DNA of 64,000 nucleotides from NCBI GenBank assembly GCA_021818925.1, contig JAKASU010000001.1, positions 68,036 through 132,035 on the forward strand, given 5' to 3'. This DNA comes from Candidatus Micrarchaeota archaeon. Lineage in GTDB: Archaea; Micrarchaeota; Micrarchaeia; Micrarchaeales; CABMGC01. Positions 34,019 to 42,934 of the stretch are shown piece after piece (positions within the stretch are counted from its first letter, which is position 1; each line of letters begins with the position of its first letter). A model generated the notes under the pieces. That model was not told the origin of the DNA, searched no databases, and saw only the letters and a list, made by a program, of their open reading frames with translations. Both the position numbers and the translations under genes were made by a program.

Positions 34019-34052
34019 GTTCGTATCTTTGCAATGCAAATTTAAAAGCATC

Positions 34053-34124
34053 AGCCCCAGGAGGGGATTGAACCCTCGACTTCCAGTTTACAAAACTGGC
34101 GCTCTGCCACTGAGCTACTGGGGC
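34053..34124 (-). tRNA. tRNA-Thr (anticodon UGU)
   Basis: Hand-folded. Acceptor GCCCCAG/CTGGGGC, anticodon stem CCAGT/ACTGG with loop TTTGTAA, T-arm GAGGG-TTCAATC-CCCTC. Confidence 0.9.
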
Positions 34125-34136
34125 ACGCTAATAGCT

Positions 34137-34150
34137 AAGGTTTAAACCTT
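34137..34150 (-). promoter_or_regulatory. Palindromic TATA-like element AAGGTTTAAACCTT upstream of tRNA-Thr(UGU)
   Basis: It lies 13-26 nt upstream of the tRNA 5' end. Confidence 0.4.
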
Positions 34151-34199
34151 TTAAATCGCTTGCGCTGGCCCCTACTACAAGTCGAGCCGCAGATGCCCA

Positions 34200-34337
34200 C
34201 TACTTCCTCAAGCCCGCCTTCCTGATGGCCTTGCCTGCCTCCGCGGTCATCATGTGGCTGATCCGGCTGAGGCCCTTTATATCTGCGGGTATCGCTGAAA
34301 TCTCGTCCTTTTCCTCTACCCTGATTACCCTTGACAT
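34200..34337 (-). CDS. Possible small 45-aa protein (helix-hairpin-helix-like)
   Basis: The ATG at 34337 is preceded by AGGAG. The longer 125-aa ORF would overlap the GT4 gene start. Weak call. Confidence 0.3.
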   Translation of the reverse strand: MSRVIRVEEKDEISAIPADIKGLSRISHMMTAEAGKAIRKAGLRK

Positions 34338-34452
34338 GTACTCCTGATTACTTGTTAGATCGCCTTTAAATACGTCGCCGGAGTGTGCGTCATGAAACGA
34401 AGTTTTGTATATCAAGGTTATAAAGTTTGCAACAGGACTTATAGCGGTTCGT

Positions 34453-35502
34453 ATGCGGGTACTGATGATCGGCCACGACTTCGACTTCAGCGCAGGTGAC
34501 GGCATCAGCAGGTACTCTGCGGAGATATACAAGGGCGTAAGCAGGAAGGCCTCCACGAAGACCATCGCCACGGGCAAGATGCCAAGGCCGATACGCGCGC
34601 TCTATCCGCTCAGCGTCAAGGACGTAGACATAGTCCATCTGATGTACCCTGACGTGATGAAGGTCAACAAGGGCAAGGCAAGGATGGTCAGCATGTGGCA
34701 CGACCTGCGCATGCTCAACAAGTACTCAGAAAGAAGCCAGCAGCGCTACAGGCCCAAGCTTTCGGAGAGATTCGGCATAGCGAGCTCGATAGTCAGGAGA
34801 TGGAGCACCGGCAACTACTGTCAGAGCGACGCTGCGATATTCAACAGCAGCCAAACGCTGAAGGAGCTCAGGGCATACCTTGCTGGGCGCGGCCTCTACG
34901 ATTCCGGCAAGATACACGCTGTCATACCGCTTGGCGTTGATCCCGCTTTCCTCCGCGCAAGGATCTGGGACGGCGAACGAAAGGACTTTGCTTACATAGG
35001 CTCTATACACCTGAGGCACAAGAACCTGCCCGGCCTGCTCCGCGTGTTCGAGAAGATAGCCGCAGGTAGCGACTCGAGGCTGCACGTCTTCACCTCGAGC
35101 ACCGACGCGCAGAAGATACTGAAGGCGCACATGAGGTACCACAAAGGGCTTTCAGAAAGGAACGTGCTGCTCCACTTCCACGCCTCTGACGCGGTTGTGG
35201 CAAGGTATCTGCAGACGCTCGCGGGCTACCTGCACCTTTCGCGCTATGAAGGCCAGGGAGTGCCGATACTCGAGGCGCTAGCATCAGGCACGAACGTGCT
35301 CACGCTCAAGGGCAGCGTCATACCAAAGGAGACGACCAGGTACGCATTCAAGGGCACCGAATCCGAGATAGTTGCCAAGGCACTGCAGCTTGCGAGCAGC
35401 TCAAAACCGGCTTCGAAGCAGGCGGTCGAGTACGCACGCGGCTTCACCTGGGAGCGCACCGTGCATGAAACCCTGAAAGTCTACAGGCAGACCCTAAAGT
35501 AA
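34453..35502 (+). CDS. Glycosyltransferase family 4 (GT-B, Glycos_transf_1)
   Basis: MRVLMIGHDF start and the YEGQGVPILEALASGTNV signature. Confidence 0.85.
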   Translation: MRVLMIGHDFDFSAGDGISRYSAEIYKGVSRKASTKTIATGKMPRPIRALYPLSVKDVDIVHLMYPDVMKVNKGKARMVSMWHDLRMLNKYSERSQQRYRPKLSERFGIASSIVRRWSTGNYCQSDAAIFNSSQTLKELRAYLAGRGLYDSGKIHAVIPLGVDPAFLRARIWDGERKDFAYIGSIHLRHKNLPGLLRVFEKIAAGSDSRLHVFTSSTDAQKILKAHMRYHKGLSERNVLLHFHASDAVVARYLQTLAGYLHLSRYEGQGVPILEALASGTNVLTLKGSVIPKETTRYAFKGTESEIVAKALQLASSSKPASKQAVEYARGFTWERTVHETLKVYRQTLK

Positions 35503-36711
35503 CGCTATCCGTATCCTTTTGCCGTAGTGCTCGAGGAACGATTTTTCAACTGCGGTTTTTGAATAGGACATCGAGCCCTGCACATCACTGATGATTTTTT
35601 TCATCTCCTCAATGCTGTTCACAGTCTTTTCGGTGTTTTCCCTGTAGCTTTTGATGTGGTTCATTTCCATCTTCAGGTTCGCGATATCCGCTTCCATCTT
35701 TCGTTTCCTCTCGTTCGCAGATCTGACCGACTTGATCATTGAATAGATGTCTGAATCGAGCAGCCGTTCAGCAGCGCTGCTGACGGCATCGTGGTTCTTC
35801 ACACTTATCTTTCCCTCATCTAGGCGCTCCTTGAGCTCCTTCACCATCGCCATGAACTCCAAGTATCCGGATTCGTCTCCTATCGTGTTCGCCGCGTCGC
35901 TCACAAGCCTGTGCAGCTGTTTTTTACTAGTCGACATGTGGTCGAACTTCTTCGCCGCCTTTTCCAGCGGAGCCACTAACGAGGTTATCGCGCTGTTAAG
36001 GTCCGCCACCTGGCTACTCACAGTCCTCTCTTCCTCTCTTTTGCTTTCAAGCATGCTCGCGGTCTCGCTCTCGTCCCTGTCAATCGAGGCCGAAATGTTC
36101 CGCGCCGAGCCTGCGCCCAGTGCCTTATTCCTGTTCTCGAGATTATGCAGCTCATCGAGACGAAGTCGGAGTTCGAGTATCTGGTCATTTACCTTGTTGT
36201 ATTCGTAAAGCTCCGCGCCTCTTCTTTCCAGCTCGTTTTTCATAGCCGCAATGAGCTTCTCCAAGTCAGATTCACTCCTCTTGAATCCGCCTAGGTGCTT
36301 TGCGTAGCAGTGCAGCACGATCCTGAAGCGCGCATTTGTCCTGAGCATCTCCGTGTTCGAGCTTTCCACGTTGGCGAGAATCCGCGCGTATCTCTCATAG
36401 GTGTTCTGGGCGCCTTCTGTGGCGGTCTGCAGGTCACCGATTACTTTCCTGATCGACCTTGCATACAGATCCTTCTGGGTTTTTATCGAATTTATGTTTG
36501 GATTGTAGATGTCTTCTGTGTCAGGCATGGCATCAAGCTTCTCGAACCTGTCACAGGCATCAAGGAACTGGCGCCTTACGCTGTTCATCTCTTTCACTAT
36601 GCCTGACGCCTTCGACTCAAGCTTTGCAAGCTTCTTGTCGAAAAGCGCGTTGAGCATCTGATGCAGCGAAGCGACCTCTATGTTTTCGACTTCGCTGCCC
36701 CAAAGAGACAT
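35494..36711 (-). CDS. Hypothetical coiled-coil protein (405 aa)
   Basis: Heptad-rich and Glu/Lys/Leu-rich throughout. Divergent from hel308 with a 60-nt spacer. Confidence 0.6.
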   Translation of the reverse strand: MSLWGSEVENIEVASLHQMLNALFDKKLAKLESKASGIVKEMNSVRRQFLDACDRFEKLDAMPDTEDIYNPNINSIKTQKDLYARSIRKVIGDLQTATEGAQNTYERYARILANVESSNTEMLRTNARFRIVLHCYAKHLGGFKRSESDLEKLIAAMKNELERRGAELYEYNKVNDQILELRLRLDELHNLENRNKALGAGSARNISASIDRDESETASMLESKREEERTVSSQVADLNSAITSLVAPLEKAAKKFDHMSTSKKQLHRLVSDAANTIGDESGYLEFMAMVKELKERLDEGKISVKNHDAVSSAAERLLDSDIYSMIKSVRSANERKRKMEADIANLKMEMNHIKSYRENTEKTVNSIEEMKKIISDVQGSMSYSKTAVEKSFLEHYGKRIRIALL

Positions 36712-36771
36712 CCAATCATATCTTCAATTGTCCGGAAAAGTTCTTATAATCGAAGCCGCAAAAACACTTTT

Positions 36772-38886
36772 ATGATGCAGGCAGGCGAGCTCAAGGGCAC
36801 TATTCCTAACGAGATGCTCGAAACGATGGAGCAGCGCGGCATCAAGAGCCTTACTCCGCCGCAGGAATTGGCGCTCAAGAAAGGACTCCTTAAGGGTGGA
36901 AACGTGGTTGTCGCATCGCCCACGGCCAGCGGCAAGACGTTCATAGCCGAGATGGCGATGATAAACAGCGTGATCAGGAACAGGAAGAAGGCGATATATG
37001 TTGCGCCGATGCGCGCCCTGGTGAGCGAGAAGTATGAGGAGTTCAAGTCCGCGTACCCGTTCCTCAAGATTGCGATGTCGATAGGCGACCTCGATTCTTT
37101 GGACCATTGGCTTTCCAGCTATGACATCATATTTGTCTCCACAGAGAAGTTCGACAGCCTCATCAGGCACGGTCTTACCTGGCTCGAATACGTAGGCTGC
37201 GTTGTCGTTGACGAGGTGCACATGCTCGACGACCCAGGCCGCGGCCCCACCCTGGAGATACTCATAACCAAGCTGAAGAGGCTTTGCGAGCACGCCCAGA
37301 TACTCGCGCTCAGCGCAACGATAGGCAACGCCAATGAGCTTGCCGAGTGGCTCAATGCTGAGCTTGTAGAAAGCGACTACCGGCCAGTCAAGCTCGAGAA
37401 GGGCGTAGCATTCAGCGGAAAGGCATACTTTCTCGACCGCGAGGACGAACTCGAAGGCGCGAGCTCGATACCAGAGATACGCATAGTCCAGGACACGCTC
37501 GGGAGGAGGAAGCAGATACTCATCTTCTACGGCACGAAGCGCAACGCAGAGGCAGGAGCAGAGAGGCTCTCGCAGATGATCGACGACGGGCTAACACCTG
37601 CGGAGCGAGCGAAGCTCGCAGTTGTCAGCGACGAGATACTTCACGCGCTCAGCAAGCCGACCGCGCAGTGTGAGAAGCTCGCCAAGACGGTTGCAAGAGG
37701 GGCAGCATTCCACCACAGCGGGCTCGTAAACGCGCAGAGGCACGCGATAGAGAGCGCATTCAAGGACAACCTCATCAAGGCGATCTGCTCCACACCGACG
37801 CTTTCTTTGGGCGTAAACCTCCCCGCACATACTGTGCTTGTGAGAGACACGAGCAGGTACAGCGAGGGCGCGGGCTCCGAGAAGCTGAGCGTGAACGAGG
37901 TCACGCAGCTCTTCGGCCGCGCAGGCAGGCCGAAGTACGATAAGGAGGGCAGGGGGCTTCTGATCGCGAAGACCAGGGCGGAGATAATGGACCTCTACGA
38001 GCGCTACATCAACGCGCAGCTGGAGCCGATAAGCTCCAAGCTCGGCGTGCAGCCAATCCTGCGCATGCACGTCCTAGCATTCATAGCGACACGCATGCTC
38101 AAGACCCGCGAGGGCATACTCTCGTTCCTAAAGGAGACCCTGTACGGCTACCAGTTCTCTAATACACGCGAGCTCGAAGTCATACTCGCAGATGTGCTCA
38201 ACGAGCTCGAGCTCTGGGGCTTCGTCGAGCGGCGCGGAAGCGTCTACGAGCCCACGCGCATAGGCCAGCGGGTGAGCGAGCTCTACATAGATCCGCTCTC
38301 GGCTAAGTGGCTGATAGACACGCTGCCGAAGGCAGTGGACGAGGTCTCATACCTGTTCACAGTCTGCAACACCATCGAGATGCGGCCGCACGTGAAGGCA
38401 ACCGAGGAGGCGAGCGAACTCTTCTTCCAGTACGAGAACCTGCTCGAGAACACCACAGTTAACTACGAGGCCGACGCCTTCAGCTACTACGACCCGATAA
38501 AGCCGCTGAGCACCGCGCTGATGCTGCGCGACTGGGCCAACGAGGCGCCAGAGCGCGACCTTGTCAGGAAGTACGGTACCACACCCGGCACCCTCTTCGT
38601 GAAGATGAACAATGCTGACTGGATGCTCTACGCCAGCTCCGAGATAGCCAAGCTGATGCACCTCAGCATAACGCGGCTTCTCGAGCTGCGGGTGAGGACC
38701 AAGTACGGTATAAGGAAAGAACTGCTCGACCTCATACGCCTTGAGCAGGTCGGAAGGGTGAGGGCGCGCACGATGTACGACAACGGGATAAAGCAAGTGT
38801 CAGACCTGAGGCTTCCCGGATCTGCCGAGAAGCTCGAGAGGCTGTTCGGCAAGGAGATAGCCAGGAAGATACTCGAGCAGCTGTGA
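36772..38886 (+). CDS. hel308: Hel308/Ski2-like DNA helicase
   Basis: Walker A SPTASGKT, DEVH box and a C-terminal HhH-like domain. A TATA box CTTATAAT lies about 26 nt upstream of the ATG at 36772. Confidence 0.9.
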   Translation: MMQAGELKGTIPNEMLETMEQRGIKSLTPPQELALKKGLLKGGNVVVASPTASGKTFIAEMAMINSVIRNRKKAIYVAPMRALVSEKYEEFKSAYPFLKIAMSIGDLDSLDHWLSSYDIIFVSTEKFDSLIRHGLTWLEYVGCVVVDEVHMLDDPGRGPTLEILITKLKRLCEHAQILALSATIGNANELAEWLNAELVESDYRPVKLEKGVAFSGKAYFLDREDELEGASSIPEIRIVQDTLGRRKQILIFYGTKRNAEAGAERLSQMIDDGLTPAERAKLAVVSDEILHALSKPTAQCEKLAKTVARGAAFHHSGLVNAQRHAIESAFKDNLIKAICSTPTLSLGVNLPAHTVLVRDTSRYSEGAGSEKLSVNEVTQLFGRAGRPKYDKEGRGLLIAKTRAEIMDLYERYINAQLEPISSKLGVQPILRMHVLAFIATRMLKTREGILSFLKETLYGYQFSNTRELEVILADVLNELELWGFVERRGSVYEPTRIGQRVSELYIDPLSAKWLIDTLPKAVDEVSYLFTVCNTIEMRPHVKATEEASELFFQYENLLENTTVNYEADAFSYYDPIKPLSTALMLRDWANEAPERDLVRKYGTTPGTLFVKMNNADWMLYASSEIAKLMHLSITRLLELRVRTKYGIRKELLDLIRLEQVGRVRARTMYDNGIKQVSDLRLPGSAEKLERLFGKEIARKILEQL

Positions 38887-38994
38887 GAGCGCAGCCGTTT
38901 ACCTCAGCTTTGTCAAGCCTGCCACTATCGGCGCGGGAAAGAAAAGGTTAAAAAGCTGATACTTATTATATAGTGATTGCGACCGGTGAAAAGA

Positions 38995-39375
38995 ATGGGA
39001 GTTTTCGATAAGCTGGGGCAGGCCTTTGGCGTTGCCTCTTCGAAGGAACTGAACATAGAACAGTATATGAACTCGGCTGAGATGGACGACGTAGACATGA
39101 TGCACGAACCCGCGGACATGTACGTCAAGCCAGTTTCGATCTCCAGCGAGGATGAGATCAAGCTAATAGAGGACGAGCTCTCCAAGAAGAACATACTTCT
39201 ACTTAGCATAGAGGAGCTGGCAAAGAGGCCGACCACGAGGAACAACGTGATAACGGCCCTGAAGGACTACGCCAGCAAGATAAACGGTGACATAGCGCAG
39301 ATAGACGATACGCGCATATTGATAACGCCCGCAAAGGTAAAGATAATCAAGAGGAAGAAAGCGGCGCAGATGTAG
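38995..39375 (+). CDS. sepF: Cell division protein SepF (archaeal FtsZ anchor)
   Basis: MGVFDKLGQAF N-terminal amphipathic start plus a C-terminal SepF core (VKPVSISS..IEDELSKKNILLLSI). A TATA box lies about 28 nt upstream. Confidence 0.8.
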   Translation: MGVFDKLGQAFGVASSKELNIEQYMNSAEMDDVDMMHEPADMYVKPVSISSEDEIKLIEDELSKKNILLLSIEELAKRPTTRNNVITALKDYASKINGDIAQIDDTRILITPAKVKIIKRKKAAQM

Positions 39376-40065
39376 TCACTTCAGCGCTGTTATGAGCGCG
39401 TGAAGCTCCTGCCTGCTTGGCTGTGTGCTCCTTATCATTCTCCGGAATACGCTTAGCACCGCCTTCCTGTTCCTCATCCGCTTCCTGCTTATCATCTTCT
39501 CGAAAAGCCTCAGCAGCATCTCTGTCTCCTTCGCTTCAGGAGGAGTGCCGCGCATGCCGCCCTCGCCGCTCTCCCGCAGCTCTTCGCGTCTCATCAGGTA
39601 TAGGAGTATCGCCAGGGCGTGAGAGACGTTGAGAACCGGGTAGGTGGGATTGGTCCCTATGTAGGCGAGCATATCGCATCTCGATATCTCATCACTCGTG
39701 AGCCCGATATCGTCTCTCCCTATCAGCAGCCCCACGCGCGTTCTGCCTCCTCTGCGCCTTATCCTTCTTACGGCCTCCTCAGCAAAGTAGATGCGCTTGA
39801 AGTTCGCCTTCGCCTTCTTCGTTATTCCAGTCGTTCCGAGAATGAGGTCGCAGTCCTTAGTCGCCTCACCAAGGTTCCTGTACGTCTTGGCACCCTCAAG
39901 GAGATGGTAAGCGTGCTTCGAGTACATCCTTGCGCCCTTCCCGCGCAGGCTTGCCCTGGGATTCACGACATACAGGCGCTCCACTCCGAAGTTCATGGCG
40001 GTTCTTGCGATGTAGCCGAGGTTGACCTGGTACTTCGGCTCTACAAGTATGAGCTTTACTCGCAT
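39376..40065 (-). CDS. SpoU/TrmH-family RNA 2'-O-methyltransferase
   Basis: LILVEPKYQVNLGYIARTAMNFG and LGTTG...IGRDDIGL are typical of TrmJ/TrmH-like enzymes. Confidence 0.85.
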   Translation of the reverse strand: MRVKLILVEPKYQVNLGYIARTAMNFGVERLYVVNPRASLRGKGARMYSKHAYHLLEGAKTYRNLGEATKDCDLILGTTGITKKAKANFKRIYFAEEAVRRIRRRGGRTRVGLLIGRDDIGLTSDEISRCDMLAYIGTNPTYPVLNVSHALAILLYLMRREELRESGEGGMRGTPPEAKETEMLLRLFEKMISRKRMRNRKAVLSVFRRMIRSTQPSRQELHALITALK

Positions 40066-40073
40066 TCCGACGC

Positions 40074-40895
40074 CTAGATGATGAACGCTACGGTGCTAAC
40101 AAGCGTCAGCGTGTTCACAAGGATGTGCGCAACTATCGAAGGATAGAGCGAGTTTGTCTTCCTGTATATGTAGCCGGCCAGCAGCCCGAAGATGAATGCG
40201 GCTATCACCTCTATCCCGAGGTTGCCGGTGACGAAGAGCAGGGCCAGTATGAGTATCGCCAGCGCCAAGTTCCACGAGCGCGTCTTGAACAGCACCACCA
40301 GTATGGCCAGCGCCGCCACGACCCCCGAGACAGCAGCTACGGCTTCGGAGGGCACGTAGCTCGTGCTCATGTACGTGAAGTGGCCCACCGCGAACAGCGC
40401 CGCGCTGAGCACTATGCCGATTCGCGGAACCATCAGCCCCCTGAAGAGCGTCTCCTCGTTGACCGGGGCGACGAGCGAGGCGAAGACCAGGAACCACATG
40501 GGCGCGCCCGCGAGTAGCAGCTGCGCGTTGGTGTTTATCTGCACGCCCGTCACGCTGCTTATCAGGCCGACCACTATCTCGAGAAGGAAGATTATCAGGA
40601 AGAGGAAGACCCCGATGAGCAGGTTCTGCAGCGTGAGGTGCTTCCTGGCAAGACCAAGCATCTCCACTATGCTCCTCTTGCTCTTCCTCGTTGTTGCCAG
40701 GTATATTATTGCCGACACTGAGAAGGAGAAAGATGTCGCTACTGTGGACAGGTACTGGAATGTGCCTATGCTGATCGCTGAGTAGTAGTACAGGAAAGAT
40801 AGTGTTATGTTTGAGGCGAAGAACAGGGCGAGAAGTATGACGATGAAATAGGCAGCAAGCACAATTCCGTGAGCCCTTCTCTGTTTTTTCTGCAA
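40074..40895 (-). CDS. CPBP-family intramembrane glutamic protease (CAAX protease-like)
   Basis: EETLFRG, FAVGHF and AHILVN motifs in a polytopic protein. TTG start. Confidence 0.85.
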   Translation of the reverse strand: MQKKQRRAHGIVLAAYFIVILLALFFASNITLSFLYYYSAISIGTFQYLSTVATSFSFSVSAIIYLATTRKSKRSIVEMLGLARKHLTLQNLLIGVFLFLIIFLLEIVVGLISSVTGVQINTNAQLLLAGAPMWFLVFASLVAPVNEETLFRGLMVPRIGIVLSAALFAVGHFTYMSTSYVPSEAVAAVSGVVAALAILVVLFKTRSWNLALAILILALLFVTGNLGIEVIAAFIFGLLAGYIYRKTNSLYPSIVAHILVNTLTLVSTVAFII

Positions 40896-40906
40896 AGAGA
40901 ATCAAC

Positions 40907-41068
40907 CTACTTTTTCTCCTTCCATTCTGTGTATCCGCACTTTCCGCACGCGAACCTGTCCTTGTGGTCGCCCATCCTGGATCCGCACTTCGGGCAGAAC
41001 TTCGTCGCCGGCTTGTACTGCTTTATGCTCTTCTTCTCCTTCTTCGGCGCCGCCTTCTCTTCAGCCAT
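40907..41068 (-). CDS. rps27ae: Ribosomal protein eS31 (S27ae)
   Basis: Below the ORF-track cutoff. Hand translation gives [53 protein letters not shown] (C4 zinc ribbon). Confidence 0.85.
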   Translation of the reverse strand: MAEEKAAPKKEKKSIKQYKPATKFCPKCGSRMGDHKDRFACGKCGYTEWKEKK

Positions 41069-41076
41069 TCATTCAC

Positions 41077-41436
41077 CTACTCCTTCTTCCCCTTCTCCTG
41101 CTCGGCCGAAGCCGCTGCCGCTGTGGCTGTCGATGCTGGCTGCGCCTTCCCCTTCTTCGCGTTCGGCCTCGAGATCATGTGCTTCTGCGCGATCTTCATC
41201 GCCTCCTTGTCATGGTACTCGTGCACCAGCGCGCTTCCCGCCTTTGTGCCGTACAGCTGGCTCGTTCTCACCACCACAAGGTTCTCCTGCTTCAGGTTGA
41301 ACCTGTCCGCCAGAGTCTTCTTGATCTCCTCCCTTGAGGGAGTCGCTCCATCGAACTCCAGCGAGACTGCGAGCTCCTTGCGTTTGAGCATCTTGTTGTC
41401 CCTCTCCTTCTCTATCTTCGCGTCTGTTATTGCCAT
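41077..41436 (-). CDS. rps24e: Ribosomal protein eS24 (S24e)
   Basis: KMLKRKELAVSLEF...TPSREEIKK is typical of S24e. It carries an Ala/Lys-rich C-terminal tail. Confidence 0.9.
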   Translation of the reverse strand: MAITDAKIEKERDNKMLKRKELAVSLEFDGATPSREEIKKTLADRFNLKQENLVVVRTSQLYGTKAGSALVHEYHDKEAMKIAQKHMISRPNAKKGKAQPASTATAAAASAEQEKGKKE

Positions 41437-41849
41437 CAGCTTCCTCCTCCCACAACTCTCGTTATCGCCCTCTTGCCCATGGTCTCGAGCACCTCCACCT
41501 CTATGCCCGACTTGACAGAGCCCCTGAGGTCTTCCGGTATTGGCGAATCGAATATCTCATAGTTCTCCAGGTCCATAAGCTGGGCCGAGCTCTCACTGAC
41601 GGACACGACCTGGGCCCTCTTCTTCTTTATGTCAGGCACCGGCACCTCGCCGTGACCTGAAAGCAGCAGCGTCTTCTTCGACCCATCGAAGATGCCTATC
41701 GCGGTTATCCTCGACTTTGCGGCTCCGTGCTTGCCGGGAGCCGAGGTCTCTATGTCAACTATCTTGCACGGTACGCCGTCTATTATGATGAAGCTGCCCT
41801 TGCCTATCTCCTTCGCTGATTTCAGGTTGTAGCCTCCTTCCTCTGCCAA
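41436..41849 (-). CDS. eif5a: Translation initiation factor 5A
   Basis: Hypusine loop SAPGKHGAAKSR. Confidence 0.95.
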   Translation of the reverse strand: MAEEGGYNLKSAKEIGKGSFIIIDGVPCKIVDIETSAPGKHGAAKSRITAIGIFDGSKKTLLLSGHGEVPVPDIKKKRAQVVSVSESSAQLMDLENYEIFDSPIPEDLRGSVKSGIEVEVLETMGKRAITRVVGGGS

Positions 41850-41908
41850 CTAATCACTAACAAAATTCACTTTAGATAAGGCAAGAAGGTTAAAAATACC
41901 TTACTCCT

Positions 41909-42934
41909 TTACCAGATCTGGTCGATGGCCTCGAGCCTGAGCCTCTCCGCCGCCTCCAGCTTCGTCTTCAGCCCGAACTTCGCCTTCACTCCTGTGACCA
42001 CGCTCATCACGCGTATCTGGTCCCTGAGTTCAGGTATCAGCCTGGCTCCAAAGATTACGTTGGCGTCGGGTGCAAGCCCCTCGGTGACCCCGGCCCCTAT
42101 CCTTGTGGCCTCCTCTATGGTTAGGTCGCTGCCTCCCGAGACGTGCACCAGAGCGCCCTTCGCGCCTTCGTAATCTACGCTGAGAAGCGGGTGGGTCCTT
42201 GTGGAGCGTATGACCTGCTCTGCACGGTCAGTTCCGGTGCCCGTGCCTATGCTTATCACCGCAGTTCCGGTGTTCTTCACCACAGTCCTGAGGTCCGCGA
42301 AGTCGAGGTTGATCAGGCTAGGCAGCATTATCGTGTCAGCTATGCCCTTCACCGCGTTGCCCGTTATGTTGTCCGAAAGCTCAAAGGCCTTCTCCATCGG
42401 TAGGTTAGGTACGTAGTCGAGCAGCTTCTGGTTCTCGACCACTATCACCGCATCAGCCTCCTTGCTGAGCTGCTGCACTCCCCACTCCGCCTTAAGCTTC
42501 CTGCTTCTCTCGAGCTCGAACGGGAAAGTTACAGTAGCTATGACCGTGGCTCCCATCTCCTTTGCAACTCTCGCAACGGTCGGAGCTGCTCCAGTTCCTG
42601 TGCCGCCTCCCATTCCAGCAGCGACGAACACAAGGTTGTAGCCCTCGAGAACCTTCTCAAGATCTCCCTTGCTCACGTCAGCGCACTTCGCAGCCACTTC
42701 AGGGAAGCCTCCTGCTCCTAGTCCCTGCGTTATCTCCCTGCCGATTAGCACCTTCTTGTGCGCCTTTATCACGTTCAGGTGCGCAAGGTCCGTGTTTATC
42801 GCTATCGTGTGCGCGCTCTTTATCCCGTTGCTGAACAGCCTGTTCACCAGGTTGCTTCCCTGACCCCCCACTCCCGCAACAGCGACGCGAGGCGTGAATG
42901 CATCGTAGTCGAATTCGTCTGCCATTCCATCCAC
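41909..42934 (-). CDS. ftsZ: Cell division GTPase FtsZ (downstream paralog)
   Basis: GGGTGTGAAP tubulin signature and VAGVGGQGSN. Confidence 0.95.
   Translation of the reverse strand: MDGMADEFDYDAFTPRVAVAGVGGQGSNLVNRLFSNGIKSAHTIAINTDLAHLNVIKAHKKVLIGREITQGLGAGGFPEVAAKCADVSKGDLEKVLEGYNLVFVAAGMGGGTGTGAAPTVARVAKEMGATVIATVTFPFELERSRKLKAEWGVQQLSKEADAVIVVENQKLLDYVPNLPMEKAFELSDNITGNAVKGIADTIMLPSLINLDFADLRTVVKNTGTAVISIGTGTGTDRAEQVIRSTRTHPLLSVDYEGAKGALVHVSGGSDLTIEEATRIGAGVTEGLAPDANVIFGARLIPELRDQIRVMSVVTGVKAKFGLKTKLEAAERLRLEAIDQIW

Noticed and set aside
34338-34577. Long version (125 aa) of the minus-strand ORF 34200-34577
   Set aside because: Its upstream 80 codons overlap the GT4 gene start region and are hydrophobic nonsense. 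Only a 45-aa version is even plausible.
36661-36771. Upstream extension of hel308
   Set aside because: It would overlap the start of the divergent coiled-coil gene. A TATA box at 36743-36750 fits a leaderless start at 36772.
40096-40905. 269-aa minus-strand ORF in an alternative frame of the CPBP protease gene
   Set aside because: It overlaps the CPBP gene on the same strand in another frame. The CPBP frame carries the EExxxR/FxxxH/HxxxN motifs, while this frame is Arg/Gly/Pro-rich.
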